Below are positions 9,662-20,228 of a DNA stretch of 64,000 nucleotides, piece by piece. Each line of letters starts with the position of its first letter. Position 1 is the stretch's first letter. Below the pieces are notes generated by a model that saw nothing but the letters and a program-made list of their open reading frames with translations, had not been told where the DNA came from and did no database searches. Source of the DNA: Caldisericaceae bacterium. GTDB taxonomy: Bacteria; Caldisericota; Caldisericia; Caldisericales; Caldisericaceae. Both the position numbers and the translations under genes were made by a program. The DNA lies in contig JBMFRX010000001.1 of NCBI GenBank assembly GCA_049967855.1, positions 118,111 through 182,110 of the forward strand, read 5' to 3'.

Positions 9662-9921
9662 AGAAAAATGTTGTTTTAATTTTTGTGGTTTTGGTTTTAT
9701 TCTTGTGCTATGGAGCGGTTTATCTTTCTACCGTAAGATTGCAGAGACAGCTTGATGCAATTAATAAACAATTAGACTCTCTTTCTTTTGAACAAGAGGC
9801 TTTGAGAGAACAATTGTTTTACTATTCGTCTCCTGAGAGAATAAATGAGATTGCAACCAAAAAACTGGGAATGATTGCTCCCAAGAATTTTTATATTGTT
9901 GATTTGGAACATGGAAAATAG
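9658..9921 (+). CDS. ftsL: Cell division protein FtsL-like
   Basis: TM helix plus coiled coil, SPERI..IA..KLGM; lies between rsmH and the PBP. Confidence 0.8.
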   Translation: MKKNVVLIFVVLVLFLCYGAVYLSTVRLQRQLDAINKQLDSLSFEQEALREQLFYYSSPERINEIATKKLGMIAPKNFYIVDLEHGK

Positions 9922-11608
9922 AGAAGACTCTTTTCTTAAAAGAATTAGGCTTGTTTTCTACCTGATTATTTTTTTGCTTGCTCTAATATTTGTTAGACTT
10001 ATTCTCATTCAGGTAGTTGAAAGACCGAATTTCCTTGCCGAACTTTCACCGCAAATTGACACCCAGTACGATACTATAAAGGCAGAACGTGGTGACATTT
10101 TGGATAGAAATGGCAGATATCTTGCCGTAAGCAGGACTTTTTTCCAGCTTGATGTCAACCCGTCATTTCTGAGCAGTGCCGAAAAGGGCATTCTCAAAAA
10201 TGATTTGCCGAAGATTTTGGGAGTGACCTCAAGCTATGTCAATAAACTTCTGTCTGAAACTCAATACACTTTGGTTTCATCTTCCCTTACGAATGAGCAA
10301 AAAAGCAAAATCGAACAACTCGGCATTGCTAATGGTATCTCATTCACAAAGGTAGTTAAAAGGACTTATCCTTTAGGCGATTATTCTTCAACTATTCTTG
10401 GTGCAGTTGGTCTTGATGGTAATGGACTTTCAGGAGCAGAGCTTTATTTTGAGTCTTATCTCCAGGGACTGAACGGAAGGGTTTTTAGAGATTTTACATC
10501 TACAAAGCCTTTATTGCCAGGAGAAACATCTTTCTCTGTTCAGCCTGTCAAAGGCGACAATGTAACTTTGACTATTGATTCGAATGTTCAGTATGAGGTT
10601 CAAAATCTGCTTGAAGATAAAGTGAAAGAAGTGTCAGCGAAACGTGGGCTTGCAATGGTAATGGATGTCCACTCAGGAGAGATACTTGCTTTGGCAAATT
10701 ATCCGACATTTGATCCAACTAGTCTCGCTGGTTTTTCCAATGCTACCAATATGGCAGTCAACTACAACTATGAGCCTGGTTCGGTCATAAAGCCGATTGT
10801 TGCGGCAATTGCGCTCGAAAACGGAACTCTTCATACAGATGATAGTTTTTATTGTAGTGGCAGCATAAGAGTAAAAGACCGTGTCATAAACTGCTGGCAG
10901 AAACACGGAGAGGAGCACGGCTTAAACGAAATTATGAAAAATTCCTGCGATGTTGCATTTGTTCAAATTGGGCTTAAACTTGGAAAAGAAAAGCTTCTCG
11001 AAGGATTCAAATCTTTTGGCTTTGGAGAGCCTACAGGCATAGAGTTGCCTTCAGAGGAAAAAGGTATCATTCAGGATGTCAATAACGTTGGGGATGTGGA
11101 GCTTGCAAATATGTCCTTTGGACAGGGTATCGCAGTAACCCCATTGCAACTTATCTCGGCTTTTCAGGCGATTGCTAACAAAGGAGTTCAGCTGAAACCG
11201 ACCATTGTAAAGAGCATCAAGGACTCAAATGGCAATATGGTTTTTCAGTCTAAGCCACTGGTGGAACGCTCGGTTGTCTCTGAAGAAACAGCTTCAAAAG
11301 TGATGGATTCGTTGAGAGCCGTTGTACAAGATGGTGGAGTGCCTCAAGCAAAAATTTCAGGGTATGTTGTAGCTGGCAAAACGGGGACAGCTCAAAAAGT
11401 TTTACCCTCAGGAGGATACTCAAGCCAGAAGCTTATCTACAGTTTCTGCGGTTTGCTTCCTGGGGATAACCCTGAGTTTGCAGTTCTTGTTGTCCTTGAT
11501 GAAACACCGAATCCTACATATTCTTTGAATTTAACTGCCCCCTTATTCAAGCAAATTGGAGATTACTTAATACGATATGAAAGAATTGAAAAGTCAACCC
11601 CTCAATAG
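9911..11608 (+). CDS. ftsI: Class B penicillin-binding protein (FtsI/SpoVD-like)
   Basis: RGDILDRNG, RTYP, EPGSVIK (SxxK), SCD, GKTGTAQ. Start ATG 9911 preferred. Confidence 0.92.
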   Translation: MENREDSFLKRIRLVFYLIIFLLALIFVRLILIQVVERPNFLAELSPQIDTQYDTIKAERGDILDRNGRYLAVSRTFFQLDVNPSFLSSAEKGILKNDLPKILGVTSSYVNKLLSETQYTLVSSSLTNEQKSKIEQLGIANGISFTKVVKRTYPLGDYSSTILGAVGLDGNGLSGAELYFESYLQGLNGRVFRDFTSTKPLLPGETSFSVQPVKGDNVTLTIDSNVQYEVQNLLEDKVKEVSAKRGLAMVMDVHSGEILALANYPTFDPTSLAGFSNATNMAVNYNYEPGSVIKPIVAAIALENGTLHTDDSFYCSGSIRVKDRVINCWQKHGEEHGLNEIMKNSCDVAFVQIGLKLGKEKLLEGFKSFGFGEPTGIELPSEEKGIIQDVNNVGDVELANMSFGQGIAVTPLQLISAFQAIANKGVQLKPTIVKSIKDSNGNMVFQSKPLVERSVVSEETASKVMDSLRAVVQDGGVPQAKISGYVVAGKTGTAQKVLPSGGYSSQKLIYSFCGLLPGDNPEFAVLVVLDETPNPTYSLNLTAPLFKQIGDYLIRYERIEKSTPQ

Positions 11609-11625
11609 AAAAGGGAAAATGAATT

Positions 11626-13077
11626 ATGAATGGGAATGAAATTAAAAACTACTTCAGAGAATTCAACTGCTCTCAGAATTTGCAAAGGTCAATTTCTGGA
11701 ATTTCAATTGATACCAGGAGTTTAAAACCTGGGGATTTGTTCATTGCTATCCGTGGAGAAAGCTTTGACTCACATCTTGCGATTGATGAAGCTATCCAAA
11801 GAGGCGCTTCTGGGGTAGTACTCGAAGAAGACAGGGAAATCCCAGAAAACCTCTTGAAAGCAAAAGTGGCTGACTCACGTGTAGCCTATGCTTTAATTTC
11901 AGCGCTTTTTTTCAATTTTCCATCTGAGAAGCTCAAACTCGTTGGCATCACGGGAACAAGTGGAAAAACTACTACTGCCTTCTTACTTTATAAATTATTC
12001 AACAGTCTTGGTATCAATTCTGGTTTTATTGGAACCCTGGGTGTTGGCATTAACGGTAATTTCACCAGAATGGAATTGTTTCCTCCGACAACTCCTGATG
12101 CATTTAATTTAAGTGAAATTCTTGCAAAGATGGTATCAGACAATGTCAAATACGTATTCTTAGAAGTAACGTCGCATGGAATTAAACAGAAGAGAGTATA
12201 TGGCAATAAGTTTGCATACAAAATCCTCACAACAATGGGGGTCGACCACCTTGATTATCATAAAACCTATGAAGATTACTTGGAAACAAAACTTTCTTTC
12301 TTCAGCGACTCAGGCTACACCGCTATACTGAACAGCGACAGCAAGGAGATTGATAAATTCTTTTCTGTCTGTAAAGCAAGGAAACTAACGTATGGGATAC
12401 GTAACTCGTCTGATTTTATGGCAGATAACATCGTTTTTGATGAACAACGCTCTTCTTTTTTGCTCACTGCTAATGACGGTAAGTCAATTGAAATCGAGTT
12501 GCCGATCGGTGGCTATTTTAATGTGTATAATTTCCTGGCAGTTTCTTCTTTAGCCTTTAACGAGGGTATATCCCTTAAGTCGTTGCAGGAATTTGCATCG
12601 CACGCACCTTTGATTGCAGGAAGACTGGAATTCCATAAAATAAATGGGCGTACTGTAGTTGTTGATTTTGCTCATAACCCTTTTGAGATAGGTGAAGTGT
12701 TGCATTTTTTACGCAGTGTAAAATCAAATGGAAGGCTAATTACTGTTGTCGGGCCTGTCGGCGGTTCTGCAAAGGAAAAACGTATTGAAATAGGAAGAGT
12801 TGCTTCAAGCTTGAGCGACTACGTTTTTATTACAACTGATGACCCTCGTGGCGACAGTCCAGAGGAACTTGCCTTTGATGCTTTTCAGGGAGTAAACGGC
12901 AACGGGGAGGTTTATGTGGATAGAAGTGAAGCTATAAGGAAAGCCTGCAAATTGTCAATATCAAATGATACGATTGCTTTGCTTGGCAGAGGCGACGAGG
13001 AAGAAATGCACTTGAAAGAGGGAATCCAATTTTTCAAAGATATAGAAATCGCCCAGGAGGCCCTTCGTGAAGGTTGA
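11626..13077 (+). CDS. murE: UDP-MurNAc-tripeptide synthetase
   Basis: GITGTSGKTT, TTPD, EVTSHG, DHLDYH, DFAHNP, DDPR. Confidence 0.93.
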   Translation: MNGNEIKNYFREFNCSQNLQRSISGISIDTRSLKPGDLFIAIRGESFDSHLAIDEAIQRGASGVVLEEDREIPENLLKAKVADSRVAYALISALFFNFPSEKLKLVGITGTSGKTTTAFLLYKLFNSLGINSGFIGTLGVGINGNFTRMELFPPTTPDAFNLSEILAKMVSDNVKYVFLEVTSHGIKQKRVYGNKFAYKILTTMGVDHLDYHKTYEDYLETKLSFFSDSGYTAILNSDSKEIDKFFSVCKARKLTYGIRNSSDFMADNIVFDEQRSSFLLTANDGKSIEIELPIGGYFNVYNFLAVSSLAFNEGISLKSLQEFASHAPLIAGRLEFHKINGRTVVVDFAHNPFEIGEVLHFLRSVKSNGRLITVVGPVGGSAKEKRIEIGRVASSLSDYVFITTDDPRGDSPEELAFDAFQGVNGNGEVYVDRSEAIRKACKLSISNDTIALLGRGDEEEMHLKEGIQFFKDIEIAQEALREG

Positions 13078-14449
13078 TTTATCCAAGTTTTTCAACTCAT
13101 ACGGTGGATACCTTTCTAAGCAGCCAGATTTTTCAAAGTTTGGCAAGTTTGTGATTGATTCAAGAAATGCGCAGGAAGGAGATATTTTTGTAGCTTTAAA
13201 GGGCAATAATACAGATGGGCACAAGTTTGTTCACGAAGTAATTGATAAAGGAGTATCAGGGGTAATTGTGGAACATAAAATGGAAATTGAACATAGCTTC
13301 CAATACGTTGTTCATTCAACAACCGACTTCCTTATTGAACTTGGTGCTTACGTTAGAGAAAATTTTAAGGGAGACTTCATTGGAATAACTGGGAGCTCAG
13401 GGAAAACCACTACCAAAGAATTACTGGGTCTCATTCTGTCAACAAAATTTTCAATTTCTAAGGCTTTTGCGAATATGAATACTGATATTTCGTTGCCTCT
13501 CTTCTTAATAAACGATGCAGACCCTGACAGTGATTTTGTTATACTCGAACTTGGCGTTCAAAAACCTGGAGATATGGATAGATTACTGAAAATTTCGAAA
13601 CCCAGTGAAGGCATAATTTTGAATATTGGAGACTCTCATTTGGAATACTTGAAAGATACGAAAGGCGTGTTGAAGGAGAAAATTAAGCTTGCATATTTTG
13701 TAGCAAGCAGAGGAGGAAAAGTTTTCCTTAATTCAGATGATCATTTATTAAAGTCTTATGGTGATAAGATTGTCCCAGAGCCAATATATTTTGGTTTAAA
13801 TGGAGAGGCTCACGTAAAAGGTTTCGTAGAGGATATGTCTCTCGGTCATATGAGGATGAGATTTGAAAAGGACCTTGAGACAGTAGATGAGGTTTTTCCT
13901 TTTTCTGGAGTAAACCTTGCGATGGATATGCTTGCCGCAGTGGCGCTTGCGGCATATTCGGGTTTTTCACTGCAGGATGCCGTTTCTCCTTTAAAAACAT
14001 TCGAGCCTGTGAAGGGCAGAGGTAATTTAATCAACTTGGCTCATAACATAACATTGGTCGACGAAACTTATAACTCTAACCCTCTGTCTGCTGTAGTATC
14101 TCTTGAAGCACTTAAGAGCAGGAAAGACCGTAAACTTGTTGTAATATTGGGTGATATGCTTGAACTTGGCGACGAGTCCATTTCAGGGCATGCTAAAGTA
14201 GGTAAAGCAATATTGCAGCTCAGACCAGACATTCTTGTTACATATGGCAGTTTCAGCAAGGAAATTGCAAGAATTGCCAGAGATGGCGGTTTGGAAAACG
14301 TGTTTTCATTTGAGAACAGGACGGAAATTATGAATTTTCTGAAAGAGCTTGAAATTTTTGAAAATTCCATTATATTCGTCAAGGGTTCACGAGGAATGAA
14401 AATGGAAGAATTTGTCGAGACGATAATAGAGAGGTTTAGAAATGAGTAG
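13067..14449 (+). CDS. murF: UDP-MurNAc-tripeptide--D-Ala-D-Ala ligase
   Basis: DSR, DGHKF, GITGSSGKTTTKE, DETYNSNP, LGDMLELG, VKGSRGM. Confidence 0.94.
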   Translation: MKVDLSKFFNSYGGYLSKQPDFSKFGKFVIDSRNAQEGDIFVALKGNNTDGHKFVHEVIDKGVSGVIVEHKMEIEHSFQYVVHSTTDFLIELGAYVRENFKGDFIGITGSSGKTTTKELLGLILSTKFSISKAFANMNTDISLPLFLINDADPDSDFVILELGVQKPGDMDRLLKISKPSEGIILNIGDSHLEYLKDTKGVLKEKIKLAYFVASRGGKVFLNSDDHLLKSYGDKIVPEPIYFGLNGEAHVKGFVEDMSLGHMRMRFEKDLETVDEVFPFSGVNLAMDMLAAVALAAYSGFSLQDAVSPLKTFEPVKGRGNLINLAHNITLVDETYNSNPLSAVVSLEALKSRKDRKLVVILGDMLELGDESISGHAKVGKAILQLRPDILVTYGSFSKEIARIARDGGLENVFSFENRTEIMNFLKELEIFENSIIFVKGSRGMKMEEFVETIIERFRNE

Positions 14450-15374
14450 GCAAACGCTTATTATACTTTTTATAGTCAGTTTTCTTGTGTCTTTTGTCTT
14501 TCTTAAGCTGTATATTCCTTTTTTGAGGAAGCGTCATTTTGTGCAGTTTGTCCGTGACGAAGGTGTTAAAGTACACAAGGCAAAAGAAGGTACTCCAAGA
14601 GGTGGAGGGCTCGTTTTCTTACTTGCTCCATTATTTCTTATCCCGTTTTACCATAGCAGTCAGTTCTTTTTTCTTATTTTTGCACTATTTACATTTGGCG
14701 CGATAGGGGCAATAGACGACCTAAAGAGTATTACTAACAAGGAATCAATGGGTCTTTCAATTAGGAGCAAGCTGATTCTCTACACTTTAAGTTCTGTTGC
14801 TCTATTTTTTATTGGTAGGAACAACCTATCGTTTAGCGTTGAGATTGCTTCCCTTAAAATTCAACTTGGCGGCATTCTTTATTTCTTGCTTTTTATTGCA
14901 ATAATGCTTGGTTCTGCAAATGCTTTCAACCTTACGGACGGAGTTGATGGATTGCTTGGGAGCGTTTCTTTGCCTATTTTTCTTACCGTTATGCTTATAA
15001 CTTCTGGAGTGATAAGAGATTTTTCGTTGATGCTTATTAGTACTATCCTGGTGTTTCTGTGGTTTAACAGTCCCAAGGCGTCAGTTTTTATGGGAGATAG
15101 TGGAGCTAGTGCTCTTGGAGGTATAGCTGGTGCGATGGCTATACTTGGCAAATTTGAATTACTGTTTGTGCTCATTGCAATAATCCCTGTTGTTGAAGCT
15201 TTATCAGTGTTCATACAGGTTGGTTATTTCAAGTTGACGCATGGGAAAAGAGTTTTCAAGATGGCTCCCATTCACCATCATTTTGAACTTTCAGGATGGA
15301 GTGAACCAAAAATTGATTTTAGGTTCTTTATTGTGACCGTGATTTTTTGTGCAATAGCTTTGTTGTTAAGATAA
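14442..15374 (+). CDS. mraY: Phospho-N-acetylmuramoyl-pentapeptide transferase
   Basis: KEGTP.GGG, DD, NLTDGVDGL, FMGDSG, MAPIHHHFE. Confidence 0.96.
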   Translation: MSRQTLIILFIVSFLVSFVFLKLYIPFLRKRHFVQFVRDEGVKVHKAKEGTPRGGGLVFLLAPLFLIPFYHSSQFFFLIFALFTFGAIGAIDDLKSITNKESMGLSIRSKLILYTLSSVALFFIGRNNLSFSVEIASLKIQLGGILYFLLFIAIMLGSANAFNLTDGVDGLLGSVSLPIFLTVMLITSGVIRDFSLMLISTILVFLWFNSPKASVFMGDSGASALGGIAGAMAILGKFELLFVLIAIIPVVEALSVFIQVGYFKLTHGKRVFKMAPIHHHFELSGWSEPKIDFRFFIVTVIFCAIALLLR

Positions 15375-15388
15375 AGGAGCTGGGTTAA

Positions 15389-16732
15389 ATGGAAAAAGTT
15401 TTGGTAGTCGGTGGAAGAAAAAGTGGGTTATTTGCGGCTTTGTTAGCTAAGAAACTCGGATATTCGGTTTTTCTCACTGAAAATAGCGTGAATGAAGAAG
15501 TATTAAAAAATGTGAACGTTTTGAAAGAGAATGGAATTGATTATGAAATTGGCAAACATTCTTTTGGGCTTTTTAAGAGCTTTGATTTTGCAGTTCTCTC
15601 TCCAGGTGTCCCCCTTGGTTCGGAAATAGTCCTTAGCCTTGAAAGAGATGGGATACCTTTTATTGGCGAAACTGAATTTGCTTACCGAAGTTCCCCTGAA
15701 ACTGAAATTGTTGCTGTAACAGGCTCTAACGGTAAAAGCACTACAACTTCATTAATAGGACATATCCTCGAGCTCTTTGATGGAAGCACTATTACAGGAG
15801 GGAATCTTGGCAATCCTTACTCGGAATTGCTTTTGAATATGCCCTCTCCGCACTTCGCCGTCCTTGAAACAAGTTGTTTCCAACTTGAAACTATTGAAAA
15901 ATACAGACCGAAAGTCGCTGTATTTCTTAATATTATGGAAAATCATCTTGACAGGTACAAAACGATTGATGAATATGTTTCGGTTAAGAAAAGAATTTTT
16001 GAAAATCAGGATGCAAATGATTTTGCCGTTCTAAATTACGATGACAGAATTGTTTCTGATTTTTCCAAATCAATCAGGAGCAAAACTTATTTCTACAGTC
16101 TGTATCAAGAAGTGCCTGTTGGAGCCTATTTTGAGGGGGGTAACATTTATGTTGTGGATAGCAAATCAAAGCTGTTATTAACTGACGTAAGCAAGATAAA
16201 GCTCAGGGGAATGCATAATGTTTCAAATGTTCTTGCAGCAGTTGTTGCCGCTAGTGTTTTAAAAGTTCCAAATGAAGTTGTAATAAAAGGAATAGAAACT
16301 TTTCGTGGCTTGCCTCACAGGTTGGAAGAAGTGAGGACAATTGACGGAGTCTTATATGTCAATGACTCAAAATCAACTACCCCAGACTCTACAATAAAAG
16401 CTCTTGAGTCTTTCAACGCTCCAATTATTCTCATTGCAGGAGGCAGCAGCAAGAATAATGACTTCACCAACCTATCTCAATATTTTAGTGGAAGGGTGAA
16501 GAAGCTGATTCTTTTAGGCGACACTGCTCGAGCAATTGGTGATGCAGCCGTGAGAGCAGGCTTTGGCAATTTTGTCATCGTTAACTCGCTTGAGAATGCC
16601 GTAAAAAAAGCAAAAGCGATATCTAGCTCAGGAGATGTAGTCCTTTTGTCTCCTGCTTGCGCAAGCTTTGATATGTTTAATGATTTCGAGCATAGGGGAG
16701 AAACGTTCAAGCAAATCGTAAATAAATTATGA
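15389..16732 (+). CDS. murD: UDP-MurNAc-L-Ala--D-Glu ligase
   Basis: SPGVP, VTGSNGKSTT, GGNLG, ETSCFQL, HRLE, NDSKST, LLSPACASFDMF. Confidence 0.96.
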   Translation: MEKVLVVGGRKSGLFAALLAKKLGYSVFLTENSVNEEVLKNVNVLKENGIDYEIGKHSFGLFKSFDFAVLSPGVPLGSEIVLSLERDGIPFIGETEFAYRSSPETEIVAVTGSNGKSTTTSLIGHILELFDGSTITGGNLGNPYSELLLNMPSPHFAVLETSCFQLETIEKYRPKVAVFLNIMENHLDRYKTIDEYVSVKKRIFENQDANDFAVLNYDDRIVSDFSKSIRSKTYFYSLYQEVPVGAYFEGGNIYVVDSKSKLLLTDVSKIKLRGMHNVSNVLAAVVAASVLKVPNEVVIKGIETFRGLPHRLEEVRTIDGVLYVNDSKSTTPDSTIKALESFNAPIILIAGGSSKNNDFTNLSQYFSGRVKKLILLGDTARAIGDAAVRAGFGNFVIVNSLENAVKKAKAISSSGDVVLLSPACASFDMFNDFEHRGETFKQIVNKL

Positions 16733-17808
16733 CCAACGAGAAAAAGTTGTTAATTTTGGTACTTATTATTGCGGTGTTGCTGCTTACAATCGTTGGTTTG
16801 TTGATGAGCTTCAGCATAAGTTTCAGCCAGAGCAGCAGTCTCTCGATAGAAATGTTCGTGCGGCAAATTGTATATGTCGTAATTGGTGCAGGCGCAGTTG
16901 TATTTTTTGCTTTCTTTAACCACAACAAATTACGTGGTTTTGCCAAGATTTTTGCAATTATAATATTCATTTTGCTTCTTGTGCTTATGGTAAAAGGGTT
17001 TGATGTCTCCAAGCGTTGGATTCCAATTGGTGTAATATCAATTCAGCCATCTCAGTTTGCCTATATTGCTTGTGTCTTGCTTATTGCTCGTGTTTTCTCC
17101 GGTCAGATAGAGGAGAAAAATGCTTTTAAGGCTTATGCAATAGTGTTCATATTTGTGGCTATAATCTCGCTTCTGATTGCTTTGGAGCCAGATATGGGAA
17201 GTGCGGTTGTAACGTTTGCTTCGGCTTTTTTGTTGCTCTTTATAAGTGGAATGCCAGTTGGAGAGTTCCTGTTATTTTGCTTGATAATGGTTTTAGGCGG
17301 AGTCCTTATACTTCCGTTTAGCTCTGAATGGGCAGCACGAATAAAAGCGTGGCTCAATCCTTATGCTTACCAAACAACTGACGGCTTGCAAATGCTTCAG
17401 TCTTTCAGGGCTTTAGCAAGAGGGGGGATAACGGGTGTTGGTTTTATGCGAAGTTTGTTGAAATTTCCTGGATACCTGCCTGTAAGCTCTTCTGACTTTG
17501 TATTTGCAATCTTTGGAGAGGAAATTGGCCTTTTGGGCTGTGTAGTTTTGATTGTTCTCTATGGAGTTGTCGCTTACGTGGGCTTCAGGATAGCAAGAAA
17601 GGCAAAGTCGAACTTCTCACGGTTGCTTGCCCTTGGGCTGACCATTGGGATTCTAACGTGGGCAATTGCAAATATGGCAGTGAATGTTGGACTTATGCCA
17701 GTTACGGGGGTACCCCTTTCCTTCGTAAGTTTTGGTGGCAACAATATGATAGCCAATTTTATAAGTGTTGGTATTTTGATAAATATCGCAAGAAAAGAGG
17801 TTAGCTAA
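16729..17808 (+). CDS. ftsW: SEDS peptidoglycan polymerase FtsW
   Basis: RWI, IQPS, EPDMG, DFVFA..GEE.G, PVTGVPLSFVSFGG; multiple TM helices. Confidence 0.92.
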   Translation: MTNEKKLLILVLIIAVLLLTIVGLLMSFSISFSQSSSLSIEMFVRQIVYVVIGAGAVVFFAFFNHNKLRGFAKIFAIIIFILLLVLMVKGFDVSKRWIPIGVISIQPSQFAYIACVLLIARVFSGQIEEKNAFKAYAIVFIFVAIISLLIALEPDMGSAVVTFASAFLLLFISGMPVGEFLLFCLIMVLGGVLILPFSSEWAARIKAWLNPYAYQTTDGLQMLQSFRALARGGITGVGFMRSLLKFPGYLPVSSSDFVFAIFGEEIGLLGCVVLIVLYGVVAYVGFRIARKAKSNFSRLLALGLTIGILTWAIANMAVNVGLMPVTGVPLSFVSFGGNNMIANFISVGILINIARKEVS

Positions 17809-17809
17809 C

Positions 17810-18883
17810 TTGAAAGTAATAATTGCTGCTGGGGGTACAGGTGGACATTTTTATCCTGCCATTGCTCTTGGAGAAGCATTTAAGAGCTCTGGAAATGAGG
17901 TAATTTTTGTTGGAAGAAAGGGAAGTATAGAAGAGGAAAAGTATTCTGAATATGGTTTCATAACGAAAACAATACATGCTTCTCAGTTTGATTATGCTCC
18001 TCGATATCTTTTTAGGTTCCTGCCAAACTTGCTTAGGGGCATATTTGACTCTTTTAGAATAGTTGGAAGAGAAAATCCAGACGCTGTAATAGGGTGTGGT
18101 GGCTACGTTTCGGCACCAATCATCCTTGCAAGCCTTTTGATGGGCAAGCCATATTTCCTCTATGAGCAAAACATCATTCCAGGCCGCGCAAATAAAATAT
18201 TCAGTCGTTTTGCGAGGAAAGTTTTCTTGGGTTTCAAAGATGAGTATAACTATTTTGGCTCAAAAGGAATTTTTACAGGAAACCCAATCAGAGCCAAGAT
18301 GATTATACTCGACAGAAGAGATGCTCTTAATGCATTGGGACTAAGAGATGTTCCCACTTTGCTTGTTTTTGGGGGGAGTGGCGGGTCAGATAAAATAAAC
18401 AAAGTCGTAGCAGCTGCCGTTCAAGAGATTCTCCAAAAAGCCAATCTTCAAATAATTTTTGTAACAGGTAATAGAATGTATGATGAGATTAGAAATAAGA
18501 TAAACATTCCGCAAGTGAAGGTACTAAGATACCTTGAAGATATGCAACTTGCTTATTCTGCAGCGGATTTTGCGATTACGAGAGCAGGAGCTATGACTTT
18601 AACCGAGCTTGCCCATTATAAGATACCTTCAATTTTGATTCCTTTTCCATTTGCAACTTATGACCATCAAAAAAAGAATGCCTTTTATCTTGCAAACAAG
18701 GGTTGTGTTGAAATTATTGATGAGAATGATTTCACGGAAAGGCTAATTGTAGATAAAATAGTTTACTATTTTACTCATAATGATATAATTAATAAGATGA
18801 AAGAATGTTTCAAGGGAAGCATTTTCCCTGAAAACAGTGCGGAGTTAATTGTAAGCGAGGTTATGGATATTGTCAAAGGATAA
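17810..18883 (+). CDS. murG: Lipid II GlcNAc transferase
   Basis: GGTGGHFYPA, GGYVS, EQN..PG.AN, GNPIR, GGSGG, RAGA.T..E, HQ..NA. Confidence 0.96.
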   Translation: MKVIIAAGGTGGHFYPAIALGEAFKSSGNEVIFVGRKGSIEEEKYSEYGFITKTIHASQFDYAPRYLFRFLPNLLRGIFDSFRIVGRENPDAVIGCGGYVSAPIILASLLMGKPYFLYEQNIIPGRANKIFSRFARKVFLGFKDEYNYFGSKGIFTGNPIRAKMIILDRRDALNALGLRDVPTLLVFGGSGGSDKINKVVAAAVQEILQKANLQIIFVTGNRMYDEIRNKINIPQVKVLRYLEDMQLAYSAADFAITRAGAMTLTELAHYKIPSILIPFPFATYDHQKKNAFYLANKGCVEIIDENDFTERLIVDKIVYYFTHNDIINKMKECFKGSIFPENSAELIVSEVMDIVKG

Positions 18884-20228
18884 GGTGTTTTTCGTTGGTA
18901 TAGGTGGCGTTGGCATGAGCAGGCTTGCTATTATAATGAATCAATTAGGTTTTGAAGTATATGGTAGCGATGCTGAGAGTCTTTCTGCAATTAAAATGCT
19001 GTCTCCTTATGGTATTAACGTAGTCAATAGCGATTTTTCGCTTGACAAAAGTTTTGCTTATGTTGTTTACTCTTCAGCTATCCCCCCAACAGACGTTTTT
19101 ATACAACGTGCTAAAGCACTTGAACTAAATTTAAAGTCACGTGGAGAAATGCTCGCTGAGATTGCAATGCGATACAAAGAGGTTGTTGTTTGTGGCACTC
19201 ACGGGAAAACTACAACAACAGCAATGATTGGAACGATATTGGGAACGGAGTATAAGACCAACGTTTATGTTGGTGGCAAGTCCCTGGCGAATACTTTTGC
19301 TGAGGATGCAGAGTATTTTGTAATTGAGTCAGATGAAAGTGATAAGACTTTTCTACTTTTTTCTCCACATCTGTTAGTTGCTACAAACATTGATGCAGAT
19401 CATCTTAATGCCTACGACAACAATATGGATAATCTGAAGGATGCCTTCAAGACGCTTTTAAGCAAGGCCTCTATTAGGGTAGTGTCACTCGATGATACAA
19501 ATGCTTTTACAGTGAGCTTGGGCGTAGCTGGAAAGACCTATTATTTCAGCCTGAACAACAAAAATGCAGATGCATTTGCAGAGAGCGTTAGCTATGAGCC
19601 TGACGGAGTTCGTTTTGATTTACGCACAAACCGTGAGTTGATTAGAGGAATCAAGATGGCCGTCTATGGTCCTAAGAATCTAAGTAATGCTGTTGCAGCT
19701 GCACTTAGTTGTCATTTACTGGGAGTTCCTTACGAGAAAATTGTAAAAGGGTTGGAGAAATTTGCTATGCCTTCAAGAAGGCTTGAAAAGAAAGGTGAAG
19801 TGCGAGAAATTGTTTTATTTGACGATCATGCAGACCATCCTACCGAAGTTGAAGCCACACTTAATGCTCTGACGATTCACTTTCCTTCGAAGCGTATTGT
19901 TGCTGTTTTTCAACCTCACAGATACTCGCGAATGAACCTTCTTAAAGAAAATGTTGCAAAGCCTTTCTATCTTGCGGATATTGTTGTAGTCTCTGAGATT
20001 TTTCCTGCGTTTGAAGCCCCCATTGAAGGTATCTCAGGAGAAGCAGTTGTATCCTGGATAAAAAAGCAAAATCCAAACAAAGCCGTCTATTTTGAAAAGG
20101 AAACTGACAACATACCTGCACTTATCGCAAAAATTGCCCAGCCTGGCGATATTGTTGTGCTGCTTGGACCTGGTGACGTAGGCAAGATTTCGGATAAAAT
20201 ACTACAGCAACTTAAGGAGAGATTATGA
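18870..20228 (+). CDS. murC: UDP-MurNAc--L-Ala ligase
   Basis: GIGGVGMS, GTHGKTTT, ESDESD, NIDADHL, DDHADHPTE, FQPHRYSR. Confidence 0.95.
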   Translation: MSKDKVFFVGIGGVGMSRLAIIMNQLGFEVYGSDAESLSAIKMLSPYGINVVNSDFSLDKSFAYVVYSSAIPPTDVFIQRAKALELNLKSRGEMLAEIAMRYKEVVVCGTHGKTTTTAMIGTILGTEYKTNVYVGGKSLANTFAEDAEYFVIESDESDKTFLLFSPHLLVATNIDADHLNAYDNNMDNLKDAFKTLLSKASIRVVSLDDTNAFTVSLGVAGKTYYFSLNNKNADAFAESVSYEPDGVRFDLRTNRELIRGIKMAVYGPKNLSNAVAAALSCHLLGVPYEKIVKGLEKFAMPSRRLEKKGEVREIVLFDDHADHPTEVEATLNALTIHFPSKRIVAVFQPHRYSRMNLLKENVAKPFYLADIVVVSEIFPAFEAPIEGISGEAVVSWIKKQNPNKAVYFEKETDNIPALIAKIAQPGDIVVLLGPGDVGKISDKILQQLKERL

